64,000 nt of DNA, from positions 1-64,000 of the IMG/VR virus record IMGVR_UViG_3300025141_016157. One strand, 5' to 3'. This document shows, in pieces, positions 47,296-55,539 of this stretch. Both the position numbers and the translations under genes were made by a program. Under the pieces are notes generated by a model. It did not search any database, had not been told where the DNA came from, and was given only the letters and a program-made list of their open reading frames with translations. The stretch comes from a virus. The stretch's first letter is position 1, and each line of letters begins with the position of its first letter.

Positions 47296-49788
47296 ATGTC
47301 AATTGTTAAAATACCACCAGAGAGAATTGAAAGATTTTCACTTACACTTCACCCAGAAATAGATTATCTAAGTTCTAGCATAGTTATAAGTTCGCTAGGC
47401 GTAAGACCGGGAACATCAGGATCAATTCCGCTTAGAGCTAGACCAAGCCCGCTTATAAAAGAGCTTGTTGCACCAGGTGTTGGTAGACAGGTAGGAAATG
47501 ACATTAATGCTGGGCCGTCTGCAAGACCATTTAACTCACTAGACTTTGCATCTCTAATAAGCCTTAAATACGCAGTTGATAAAACAGCTGAAGCCAACTT
47601 AGAAAACACAACTGTTGATGTAAAAAGCTATGTTGAAAATTATATGTCAGGTGTTAATCATTCGCCTCAGCCAATTTCAAGCACAAAGAAGATGTATATT
47701 ACAAGGTTCGACCCTCCGTTTTCTTTAAATGATGTAGCTGTAGAAAAGGCAGTAATAAGAAATAATCTAATGACATTTTATGAATCAAGGTATGATTTAT
47801 GCGAAATGTCTTACACAAATTATCATAATTTAAACTTTATGTCTGCCCCGAATGCACCTGGATCTCCTGAAGTTGGGTCTGTCGGTGCAATACCAAATGA
47901 CTCTGCTATAATATATCAAAACTTTGCAACTGGCTCTGGAATGCTTAGACCGTACTCACCAAGCGGATCATTCTCATTTGATTTTTATATAAATCCAAAA
48001 TATCATAATGAGCATCCTGATCTCGAATTCAAAGCTGGTACAATACTACACCTCTCTTCTACGTTTTGTGTATCCCTAGTCTCAGGAACAAGTAGAGATT
48101 CAAGCGGTCTTTTAGACGGCTATAGGTTGATGCTACAGCTTAGTCATAGTGCTGATATATCACCAAGCACTGTTGGGTATGGGTCAACATCTGTTTACCC
48201 AAGAGATTTAATTTTTCTTTCTGATGACAATTCTTTAAGTAGAAATAAGTGGCACCACTGCACAATTCGGTGGGGAACAGATATGCTAAACAATGGAACG
48301 GGAAGCATTATTATTGATAAAAAACCTCATGATTTTGCATGTCCTTCTGCATCCATTATGCCCCCTCCACATGTATCAAATGCTGCTCTTATGGTTGGAA
48401 ATTACTATGAAGGGTCAGATAATGAAGCAAAATTCTTTAACAAGTCTACTCTTTCAGAGGGTGTGTATCCAACATTAGATTTTGGAACTGGATTCAACGT
48501 TGATCCTGAGTGTATCCTTCGACACCCGCTAAATGCAGAAATACATGAAATAAAAATGTTCCAAAGATTTGTATCACTTAGTGAAATAGAATCATTTTCA
48601 AAAACATCACCCACTAATATGAATGATTTATCATTCTATGTACCACCAATGTTTCTCCCAGATACTAGAAAAAGAGAAATGCTTATAACACCTTTCCAGC
48701 AACAAGATACAAAATCAACTAAACCGTTCAATGAAATATTTTCGTTTGGTGTAGGCGGATTTATTATGAATCTTGAAAATCATGTTAAAGATTTTGCAAC
48801 AAGTAATAGGCCAAGATGTTTAAATTTAACAGCTTCTACGATAGATACAACAGTCCAGGATATTACTGCTACTGAATACTGTTATCATACAGGATCTATA
48901 AAAAAGAGAAATTTGACAATTTTACCATGCGATAATGGATATTTTAAACCAAATTATTCAATAATTGCAACTTCGTCAGATAATTCTCCATCAAGATCTA
49001 GAAAGCATGGGGGTTCAGATCTAAGTGTTATATCTTTGGAAAATATGGTTCCAGAGGGCAAGATTTTTAAAGGGCTTCCAACCACTACAGTTAGTGATAT
49101 GAATGCAGTTCTTGACGATGATGCATCAACACTTCCAGATGATCTAAGCGCAACATCAATAGCAGGTCTTGTTGCAGGTGTAACACCCGAGAGTATGGGT
49201 GGTGATTCTGGTCCAATACTTACAATTGCTCAGAGAACTAGAGATTTGTCATCAAATGAAATTTGCTTCTTTGACATTTCTAATATTTACTATGGCGATC
49301 AAATTCTAGAGGATACGCTTTATGTATCTGACCCGTCTTTAACTGGGTCAGACGGAAAAATAAAAATGACCCTTAGGGATAACGGAAGAGGGGGCATGTA
49401 CAGATGCGATTCAGATGGCCCTCACCCCAAGTGGTCAAATGTGGGAAATGCTCTTTACAAAGAAGGTGTTGCAATAATTAAATCTCCACCGCTTACTTTT
49501 TTTGGAAAAGATTGCTTTGAGATAAAAATGAAAGGAGAGCAGAATGTTCATGTTTCAATAGTAAATGTTCCTCTCGCGTCTGGAATGTTCAACTCTTCTA
49601 GCAATCCGTCATTTAAGATACTTTCAGCATCTGGATCCCCCTCTGATACAGGAAAATCTTTCGTGTATATTGATTCTTTAAATATTCACGATGAAAATCT
49701 GAATGTAATTGCAAGAACATCATTTGCGCAACCGATAAAGAAAAGAGTTGAAGATAACATGCTTATTAGATTTAAAATGGATTTCTAA
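47296..49788 (+). CDS. LamG-like virion protein, C-terminally paralogous to 46030
   Basis: KWHHCTIRW...EIHEIKMF; C-terminal FNSSSNPSF...YIDSLNIHDENLNVIAR...IRFKMDF. Confidence 0.65.
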   Translation: MSIVKIPPERIERFSLTLHPEIDYLSSSIVISSLGVRPGTSGSIPLRARPSPLIKELVAPGVGRQVGNDINAGPSARPFNSLDFASLISLKYAVDKTAEANLENTTVDVKSYVENYMSGVNHSPQPISSTKKMYITRFDPPFSLNDVAVEKAVIRNNLMTFYESRYDLCEMSYTNYHNLNFMSAPNAPGSPEVGSVGAIPNDSAIIYQNFATGSGMLRPYSPSGSFSFDFYINPKYHNEHPDLEFKAGTILHLSSTFCVSLVSGTSRDSSGLLDGYRLMLQLSHSADISPSTVGYGSTSVYPRDLIFLSDDNSLSRNKWHHCTIRWGTDMLNNGTGSIIIDKKPHDFACPSASIMPPPHVSNAALMVGNYYEGSDNEAKFFNKSTLSEGVYPTLDFGTGFNVDPECILRHPLNAEIHEIKMFQRFVSLSEIESFSKTSPTNMNDLSFYVPPMFLPDTRKREMLITPFQQQDTKSTKPFNEIFSFGVGGFIMNLENHVKDFATSNRPRCLNLTASTIDTTVQDITATEYCYHTGSIKKRNLTILPCDNGYFKPNYSIIATSSDNSPSRSRKHGGSDLSVISLENMVPEGKIFKGLPTTTVSDMNAVLDDDASTLPDDLSATSIAGLVAGVTPESMGGDSGPILTIAQRTRDLSSNEICFFDISNIYYGDQILEDTLYVSDPSLTGSDGKIKMTLRDNGRGGMYRCDSDGPHPKWSNVGNALYKEGVAIIKSPPLTFFGKDCFEIKMKGEQNVHVSIVNVPLASGMFNSSSNPSFKILSASGSPSDTGKSFVYIDSLNIHDENLNVIARTSFAQPIKKRVEDNMLIRFKMDF

Positions 49789-50333
49789 TGGTATCTCTTG
49801 GTCTTGATATTTCTACTTCTTGCACAGGGTGGTGCATACTTGACAAAGATGGTATAATCTTAGAGATAGGCTATATAGACTTGTCAAAAAAACAGGGCCT
49901 GTTTGAAAAAGCAAAGCATGTAAAGCGAAAAATATCCGAGATACACATTAATCATTGCGTTGAAAATATTTTTATTGAAGAAAATCTTCAGTCATTTAGA
50001 AGTGGATTTTCCTCTGCTAAGACAATATCAACTCTTGCAAAGTTCAATGGAATAGTTTCATTTATATGTTTTGAAGAATTTTCAACTACACCCATCTTCT
50101 TTAATGTAAATAGTGCTAGAAAGTCTCTCGGAATATCTATAAAGAGAAAAAAAGATGGGGGACTGCCTGTTAAAGAGCAGCTTTTAGAGTGGGCTCTAAA
50201 GAATGTAGAATATTCATGGCCTAGAAAAATATTAAAATCTGGGCCTAGAAAAGGCCAGAACGTTCCAGACCCTAGATCATATGATATGATTGATGCCTAT
50301 ATAGTCGCAAAAGCCGGCGCAGCAAATTTGTAA
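49788..50333 (+). CDS. RuvC-like Holliday junction resolvase
   Basis: LGLDISTSCTGW, IFIEE, DMIDAYIVA acidic motifs. Confidence 0.85.
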   Translation: MVSLGLDISTSCTGWCILDKDGIILEIGYIDLSKKQGLFEKAKHVKRKISEIHINHCVENIFIEENLQSFRSGFSSAKTISTLAKFNGIVSFICFEEFSTTPIFFNVNSARKSLGISIKRKKDGGLPVKEQLLEWALKNVEYSWPRKILKSGPRKGQNVPDPRSYDMIDAYIVAKAGAANL

Positions 50334-50356
50334 ATAACTTGGGAATAGTATATTAT
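50329..50356 (+). promoter_or_regulatory. candidate sigma70-like promoter
   Basis: TGTAAA-N16-TATTAT before the primase gene. Confidence 0.45.
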
Positions 50357-50372
50357 TACACTAAGAGTTATT

Positions 50373-51326
50373 TTGAAATCAAATTTAGAAAAAATTCAAT
50401 TTATAAGAAGTGTTCTTGGTACAACAAAGGTTGCTCGTGACGGAGTTAATGTAGCAGTTAAGTGCCCAAGTTGCAATGAGAAGAAAGGTAAATTTTCTAT
50501 AAATATAGAAAACTGGATGTGTCATTGTTGGATATGTGGAACTAAGAGCAAAAGTTTATATTTTATACTAAAGAAGCATTGTAAAGATGATTCTTCGTTT
50601 AAATTTTTAAAAAATTTTGGACCACCAAAAGGCATAAAAAAAGAAGAAAAAAATATAGAAAGGTTTGTTGAAATACCTGACGGATTTATACTTCTTTCAA
50701 GGTACAGCGGAAAAGATCCCGATATCAGATCAGTAATTCAATATTGCAAAAAAAGAGGAATATCAGATCGAGACTTATGGTATTTTAGAATTGGAGCATC
50801 AAGTGATAAAATGCTGAGAAGAAGAGTTATTATTCCATCATTTGATAAAAAGGGAGATATCAATTATTTTGTATCAAGAACGATAGACTACAATGGATTT
50901 CCAAAGTATTCAAACTCTAAGGCGAAAAAGACAGAGATTATTTTTAATGAAATGAATATAGACTGGAAGCGAGAGGTTACTGTTGTTGAGGGACCGTTTG
51001 ATCTAATGAAAGTTAATGATAACTCAACATGTCTTCTAGGTTCAAAACTACCAAAATCTGGAAAACTTTTTGCAAAAATAGTTGAAAATAAGACACCTAT
51101 TCTTCTAGCGCTTGACAATGATATGTCGCATGAGTCTCATAGAATAGCAAAGCTTTTAAACTCTTATGGTGTAACAGTTAGAATTTTTAAAAATACTTCA
51201 AATACAGATGTTGGAGGAATGAGTAAGAAAATATTTAAAAATATGTCAATTTCATCACCTATCTGGTCTGAGGCTTCAATTTTAAAATTTAAAATAAATT
51301 CAATAAAGTCAGGATCTATTTTTTAG
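50373..51326 (+). CDS. DNA primase (zinc finger plus TOPRIM)
   Basis: CPSC...HCWIC zinc finger, RVIIPS, YFVSR, VVEGPFD, LALDND, DVG. Confidence 0.9.
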   Translation: MKSNLEKIQFIRSVLGTTKVARDGVNVAVKCPSCNEKKGKFSINIENWMCHCWICGTKSKSLYFILKKHCKDDSSFKFLKNFGPPKGIKKEEKNIERFVEIPDGFILLSRYSGKDPDIRSVIQYCKKRGISDRDLWYFRIGASSDKMLRRRVIIPSFDKKGDINYFVSRTIDYNGFPKYSNSKAKKTEIIFNEMNIDWKREVTVVEGPFDLMKVNDNSTCLLGSKLPKSGKLFAKIVENKTPILLALDNDMSHESHRIAKLLNSYGVTVRIFKNTSNTDVGGMSKKIFKNMSISSPIWSEASILKFKINSIKSGSIF

Positions 51327-51328
51327 TA

Positions 51329-51335
51329 ATATTTA
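51329..51335 (+). promoter_or_regulatory. candidate late promoter ATATTTA
   Basis: 21 nt before ATG 51357. Confidence 0.5.
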
Positions 51336-51356
51336 TACTATGCAAGGGGTTTTGAA

Positions 51357-51713
51357 ATGAACAGAGAAGCGTTTAGAAAGATTATTCATGAAGAAATTAA
51401 GTCTGTTTTGCAAGATGATGCATTGTTTAAAAATAGGGATATTCCTGGAATTCTTGACGCTTACGAAACTTTTGACGACTCTGGTGATGGAAGAAATTTA
51501 AGCTACGGTAGCAATAAGTCAACAGATCATGAGGGAAGTATGACAAAGGGTGAGCTATATGACATATTTACAAAATCACAAAGCCTGTACGACATGTTAG
51601 AAGATAACGATGATCTACCTGAATGGGTTCAAAGTAAAGTTTCAAAAGCTTCAGATAGAATAGAGTCAGTTTACAGTTATCTTAAGAGAAAAATAAAGAC
51701 ACATGATTATTAA
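51357..51713 (+). CDS. small hypothetical (possibly head-associated) protein
   Basis: N-terminal FRKIIHEEI motif shared with 60687 and 61161; DLPEWVQSKV segment. Confidence 0.7.
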   Translation: MNREAFRKIIHEEIKSVLQDDALFKNRDIPGILDAYETFDDSGDGRNLSYGSNKSTDHEGSMTKGELYDIFTKSQSLYDMLEDNDDLPEWVQSKVSKASDRIESVYSYLKRKIKTHDY

Positions 51714-51717
51714 CACA

Positions 51718-51745
51718 TGTACACTCTTCATGAATGTGTAATAAT
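51718..51745 (+). promoter_or_regulatory. candidate sigma70-like promoter
   Basis: TGTACA-N16-AATAAT before the Mre11-Rad50 gene. Confidence 0.4.
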
Positions 51746-51772
51746 TTATACAATAATGTGCAAAAGTAAGTT

Positions 51773-54700
51773 ATGAAAATAGTCCATATAGCAGATGTTC
51801 ACTGGAGAGGTCTCTCTCGACATGAAGAATATACTGCATCATTTATTGAGTTTTTTAACCAGTGTAAAAATATTAATCCTGATGTCATATACGTCGGAGG
51901 CGATATAGTTCACTCTAAGACCCAGGGTATATCCCCTGAGTTAATTGATAGACTTAGCTGGTGGTTTACAAAGATGGCTGAGATATGTCCAACACATGTA
52001 ATTCTCGGTAATCACGATGGATTAATGAATAATAAAGATAGACAAGATGCAATTTCGCCAATTATTTCAGCGCTTGATAATCCCAATATATATCTATATA
52101 AAAAATCTGGCGTATATCCAACAGGTTTTGACGGATTTAACTGGTGTGTATTTTCATGCTTCGACGAAGAGGGTTGGCAAAGAGTTAGGCCAGTCCCTGG
52201 TGAGATAAATATAGCACTTTTTCATGGCGCTGTGTGGGGATCAAAGACTGATATAGACTGGGAGATTGAGGGTGAAGTTACAGTAGACTTATTCGACAAC
52301 TTTGAATTTGGAATGCTTGGTGATATTCATAGAAGACAATTTCTAAATAGTAAAAAATCAATAGCATACTGCGGAAGTACAATACAACAAAACTACGGTG
52401 AGGATAGCGGAAAAGGATTTCTTTTATGGGACATTAAGGATAAAGATGACTTCACTGTTAGCTTTCATGAAATACAGCATTGCTCTCCATTTGTAACAAT
52501 TGACTGGGGGGGATCTGTAAAAGATACGCTTTTAATAGCAAAGAAAGAAAAACCAGGGAGCAGGTTTAGAATAAAGTCAAAATCTCAAATAACCCAGGCG
52601 CATGCACAGGAAATATCAGCTAGACTTAGAGATAGCATGAATGCAGCTGAGACAGTTTTCAAAAGTGAGAATCAATTTGATACATCAGAATTTTTAACTA
52701 GAAATGATTCAAAGGGTTCAAATCTAAGAGAGGTAACGACTCACTATGATTTGTTTGGAGAATATTTAAAAAATTATAATTTAACGCAAGAGGAAAAAGA
52801 TGACATAAAAGATCTAATTGATAAATATTTTTTCTCTGCAACTTCTAGTGAAGAGGTTTTAAGAAACTCTCGATGGGAAATTGAGAAAATGAATTTTGAT
52901 AATGTTTTTTCCTATGATCAGGAAAACGTCATAGATTTTACAAAAAATACAGGAATTACCGGAATATTTGGAAAAAATACAAAGGGAAAATCATCTATTA
53001 TTGGTGCTTTAATGTACTGTCTTTTTAACACGACTGATAGAGGCCCTATAAAAAATCTTCATATTATCAATAGCAGAAAGAATTTTTGCAAATCATCTGT
53101 TGATATTAAGCTAAATGGTGAAATCTTTAGAGTTACAAGAGGAACAGTAAAACATACTACGAGAAAGGGTGAGACTTATGCATCTACATCCTTAGATCTT
53201 GAGAAAGTATCTAAAGATGGAACAGTTGAAAATCTAGCAGAGGAGCAAAGAAGAGAGACAGAAAAAGTCTTAAGAAGTCTAATTGGAACATCAGAAGACT
53301 TTCTAATGACTTCTCTTGCAAGTCAGGGTGGAATGAATAGATTTATAGGAGAAGGCTCAACATCTAGAAAGACTATACTGACAAAATTTTTAGATCTTGA
53401 AGTATTTGAAAAAATGAGTGATCTTTGTAAGCAAGACTATTCAGACCTTAGGGCAATTTCAAAATCAATAAAACAAGAAGACTGGGATAAAAAAATAGAT
53501 GAAGAAAATGAATGTCTAAAGGTTTCAAATGAATTATTGAATAGCGTAAAGTCAAAAATAAAGTCAGATAGAAAGCTTCTTCACAAGCTTATACAGAGAA
53601 AGAATAAGCTCGGGTACTCTATTGAAGATTCATATACACAAGGCCAAATAGAAGAAAAAAGATCAGAAGTTTCCCTTCTAAAGGAAGATCTATCAGGGAA
53701 AGAAAGTGAAATTGAAAAATTAAAAAAAGAAACATCAGAGAAAATCTCAAAGCTAGAAAAGATAAAAGACGTATGTGATAGCACATCAATTGATTCATTA
53801 AGGGAGCAAAGAGATACAAAAATAGCTTTGGAGAAAAATTTAATAAAGCTAAAAGCAATCCACGAGAAATCACTTATCAGGCTAGAAAAACTAAAAGAGT
53901 CTGCAGATATGTTAAATAAAGTTCCATGTGGAAGCTCTTATCCTGCATGTATGTTTATAAAATCATCTCACGAAGATAGAACTATGATAGATGATCAGGC
54001 TGAAATAGTCAATGCTTCTTACGAAAATCTAAGTTCATGTAATAAAAGTCTTGAAATTATCAAGAAGATAGACCCAGCTTCTAAAATTAAAAAATACGAT
54101 ATTCTATTTTTAAAATTAAAAGATCTTGAAGGTAAAATTAATATATCTAAAGAAAGATTTATCAATCTTGAAAATGGAAGGCTGTCACTTACATCATCAA
54201 TAGAGAAAGAATCTGCAGAGCTAAGGCGGATGGTGGTCCTATCAGAAGGCAACAGTAATTCTTCAGCATTAGACGTACAAGAAAAAATAAACAATATTCA
54301 AAAAGAAATAGAGGCACTAGAGAGGAATCAGTCAGAGATTATTGGAAACATTGCTGCAAGCAAGATTAACGTAGAAAGCCTTGTTGCTGATAGAGAAAAT
54401 CATGATTCAATAAAGCAACAAATGAGATCATATGATTTTTTTATTCAAGCAGTATCGAGAAAAGGAATACCATCAAGAATTATGATGTCAAAGCTGCCAG
54501 CAATAAATAATGAAATATTAAATATACTACAAGGTGTTGTTGACTTTACTGTATCCCTAGAAACTGATACAACAACTAGTGCTATGGATATCTATATTGA
54601 TTATGGTGATAGCAAGAGAATTATTGAGCTTGCTTCTGGTATGGAAAAAATGATTGCATCTTTAGCAATTAGAGTTGCTTTGATCAATACATCATCACTT

Positions 54701-54907
54701 ACAAAAACAAATATGATGATAATAGATGAAGGTTTTGGATCTCTTGATGCAACAAATCTTGAAGCTTGCACAAGATTGCTGGAATCTTTAAAAAAATGGT
54801 TTAGAAATATAATAGTTATATCACATGTAGACGCAGTAAAAGACTGCGTAGATAACTCTGTAGAGATAATAAAGAAAGGTAAGGATTCTCATGTCATGTT
54901 TACATAA
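51773..54907 (+). CDS. fused Mre11/SbcD nuclease and Rad50/SbcC ATPase (gp47-gp46-like)
   Basis: HIADVH, GGDIVH, GNHD, LGDIH nuclease motifs; Walker A GKNTKGKSS, coiled coil, ASGME signature, Walker B IIDEGFGSLD, VISH. Confidence 0.92.
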   Translation: MKIVHIADVHWRGLSRHEEYTASFIEFFNQCKNINPDVIYVGGDIVHSKTQGISPELIDRLSWWFTKMAEICPTHVILGNHDGLMNNKDRQDAISPIISALDNPNIYLYKKSGVYPTGFDGFNWCVFSCFDEEGWQRVRPVPGEINIALFHGAVWGSKTDIDWEIEGEVTVDLFDNFEFGMLGDIHRRQFLNSKKSIAYCGSTIQQNYGEDSGKGFLLWDIKDKDDFTVSFHEIQHCSPFVTIDWGGSVKDTLLIAKKEKPGSRFRIKSKSQITQAHAQEISARLRDSMNAAETVFKSENQFDTSEFLTRNDSKGSNLREVTTHYDLFGEYLKNYNLTQEEKDDIKDLIDKYFFSATSSEEVLRNSRWEIEKMNFDNVFSYDQENVIDFTKNTGITGIFGKNTKGKSSIIGALMYCLFNTTDRGPIKNLHIINSRKNFCKSSVDIKLNGEIFRVTRGTVKHTTRKGETYASTSLDLEKVSKDGTVENLAEEQRRETEKVLRSLIGTSEDFLMTSLASQGGMNRFIGEGSTSRKTILTKFLDLEVFEKMSDLCKQDYSDLRAISKSIKQEDWDKKIDEENECLKVSNELLNSVKSKIKSDRKLLHKLIQRKNKLGYSIEDSYTQGQIEEKRSEVSLLKEDLSGKESEIEKLKKETSEKISKLEKIKDVCDSTSIDSLREQRDTKIALEKNLIKLKAIHEKSLIRLEKLKESADMLNKVPCGSSYPACMFIKSSHEDRTMIDDQAEIVNASYENLSSCNKSLEIIKKIDPASKIKKYDILFLKLKDLEGKINISKERFINLENGRLSLTSSIEKESAELRRMVVLSEGNSNSSALDVQEKINNIQKEIEALERNQSEIIGNIAASKINVESLVADRENHDSIKQQMRSYDFFIQAVSRKGIPSRIMMSKLPAINNEILNILQGVVDFTVSLETDTTTSAMDIYIDYGDSKRIIELASGMEKMIASLAIRVALINTSSLTKTNMMIIDEGFGSLDATNLEACTRLLESLKKWFRNIIVISHVDAVKDCVDNSVEIIKKGKDSHVMFT

Positions 54908-55139
54908 CACAAAGGGATTTTTTTGCGAAGTATGCGGATATCTCTCTTTGACATCAATGGATCACAGGTCAAAAATTTCAATAGGTGCTTGCAGGGGATG
55001 TGAGCTAAAGTTTTTTGAGCCAAATGTGGAAAAATGGAAAAACGGATGGCGACCAAAAAAGAGAGAGATAAACTCTTTTAATAAAGAGAATCAAAAAAGT
55101 GTCTATTCGATTTTGTCGGAAATAAATAATTACATCTAA
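54891..55139 (+). CDS. small zinc-finger protein
   Basis: CEVC...CRGC. Confidence 0.65.
   Translation: MSCLHNTKGFFCEVCGYLSLTSMDHRSKISIGACRGCELKFFEPNVEKWKNGWRPKKREINSFNKENQKSVYSILSEINNYI
55126..55132 (+). promoter_or_regulatory. candidate late promoter ATAATTA
   Basis: 19 nt before ATG 55152. Confidence 0.45.
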
Positions 55140-55151
55140 AGGATTACAAAT

Positions 55152-55538
55152 ATGCTTACATCACAAGAAATTGACTGTCTGGGACAATTAACAAATAATA
55201 CATGGGGCTATCCCGGAGGAATGAATAGCAAAGTACCAACTGCTGCTATAAATGTATCTCTTCAGGGAGATATAATGATCTGTACATATAGTACAATTGT
55301 AAATCTCATGAGTGATAGAAATCTAAGGGATCAGTCAAAAGGTTTTGAAGAAGAATCTGTTAAAATAGTTGCAGAATATATAAAAGAGCTAAAGAAAGGA
55401 TTTAAGAAAAAATCAGAAAGATCTTTAAAGCTAAAAGAAACAGACACTAGAGATTCAATAGAAATTATTACAGCATCTCCTTTCTCTCCTAAGAGAACTG
55501 CATACTATAGGAGATTTACAACATTTAAAGTTGATTAA
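55152..55538 (+). CDS. hypothetical protein upstream of terminase
   Basis: AAGGA RBS; full ORF. Confidence 0.7.
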   Translation: MLTSQEIDCLGQLTNNTWGYPGGMNSKVPTAAINVSLQGDIMICTYSTIVNLMSDRNLRDQSKGFEEESVKIVAEYIKELKKGFKKKSERSLKLKETDTRDSIEIITASPFSPKRTAYYRRFTTFKVD

Positions 55539-55539
55539 T

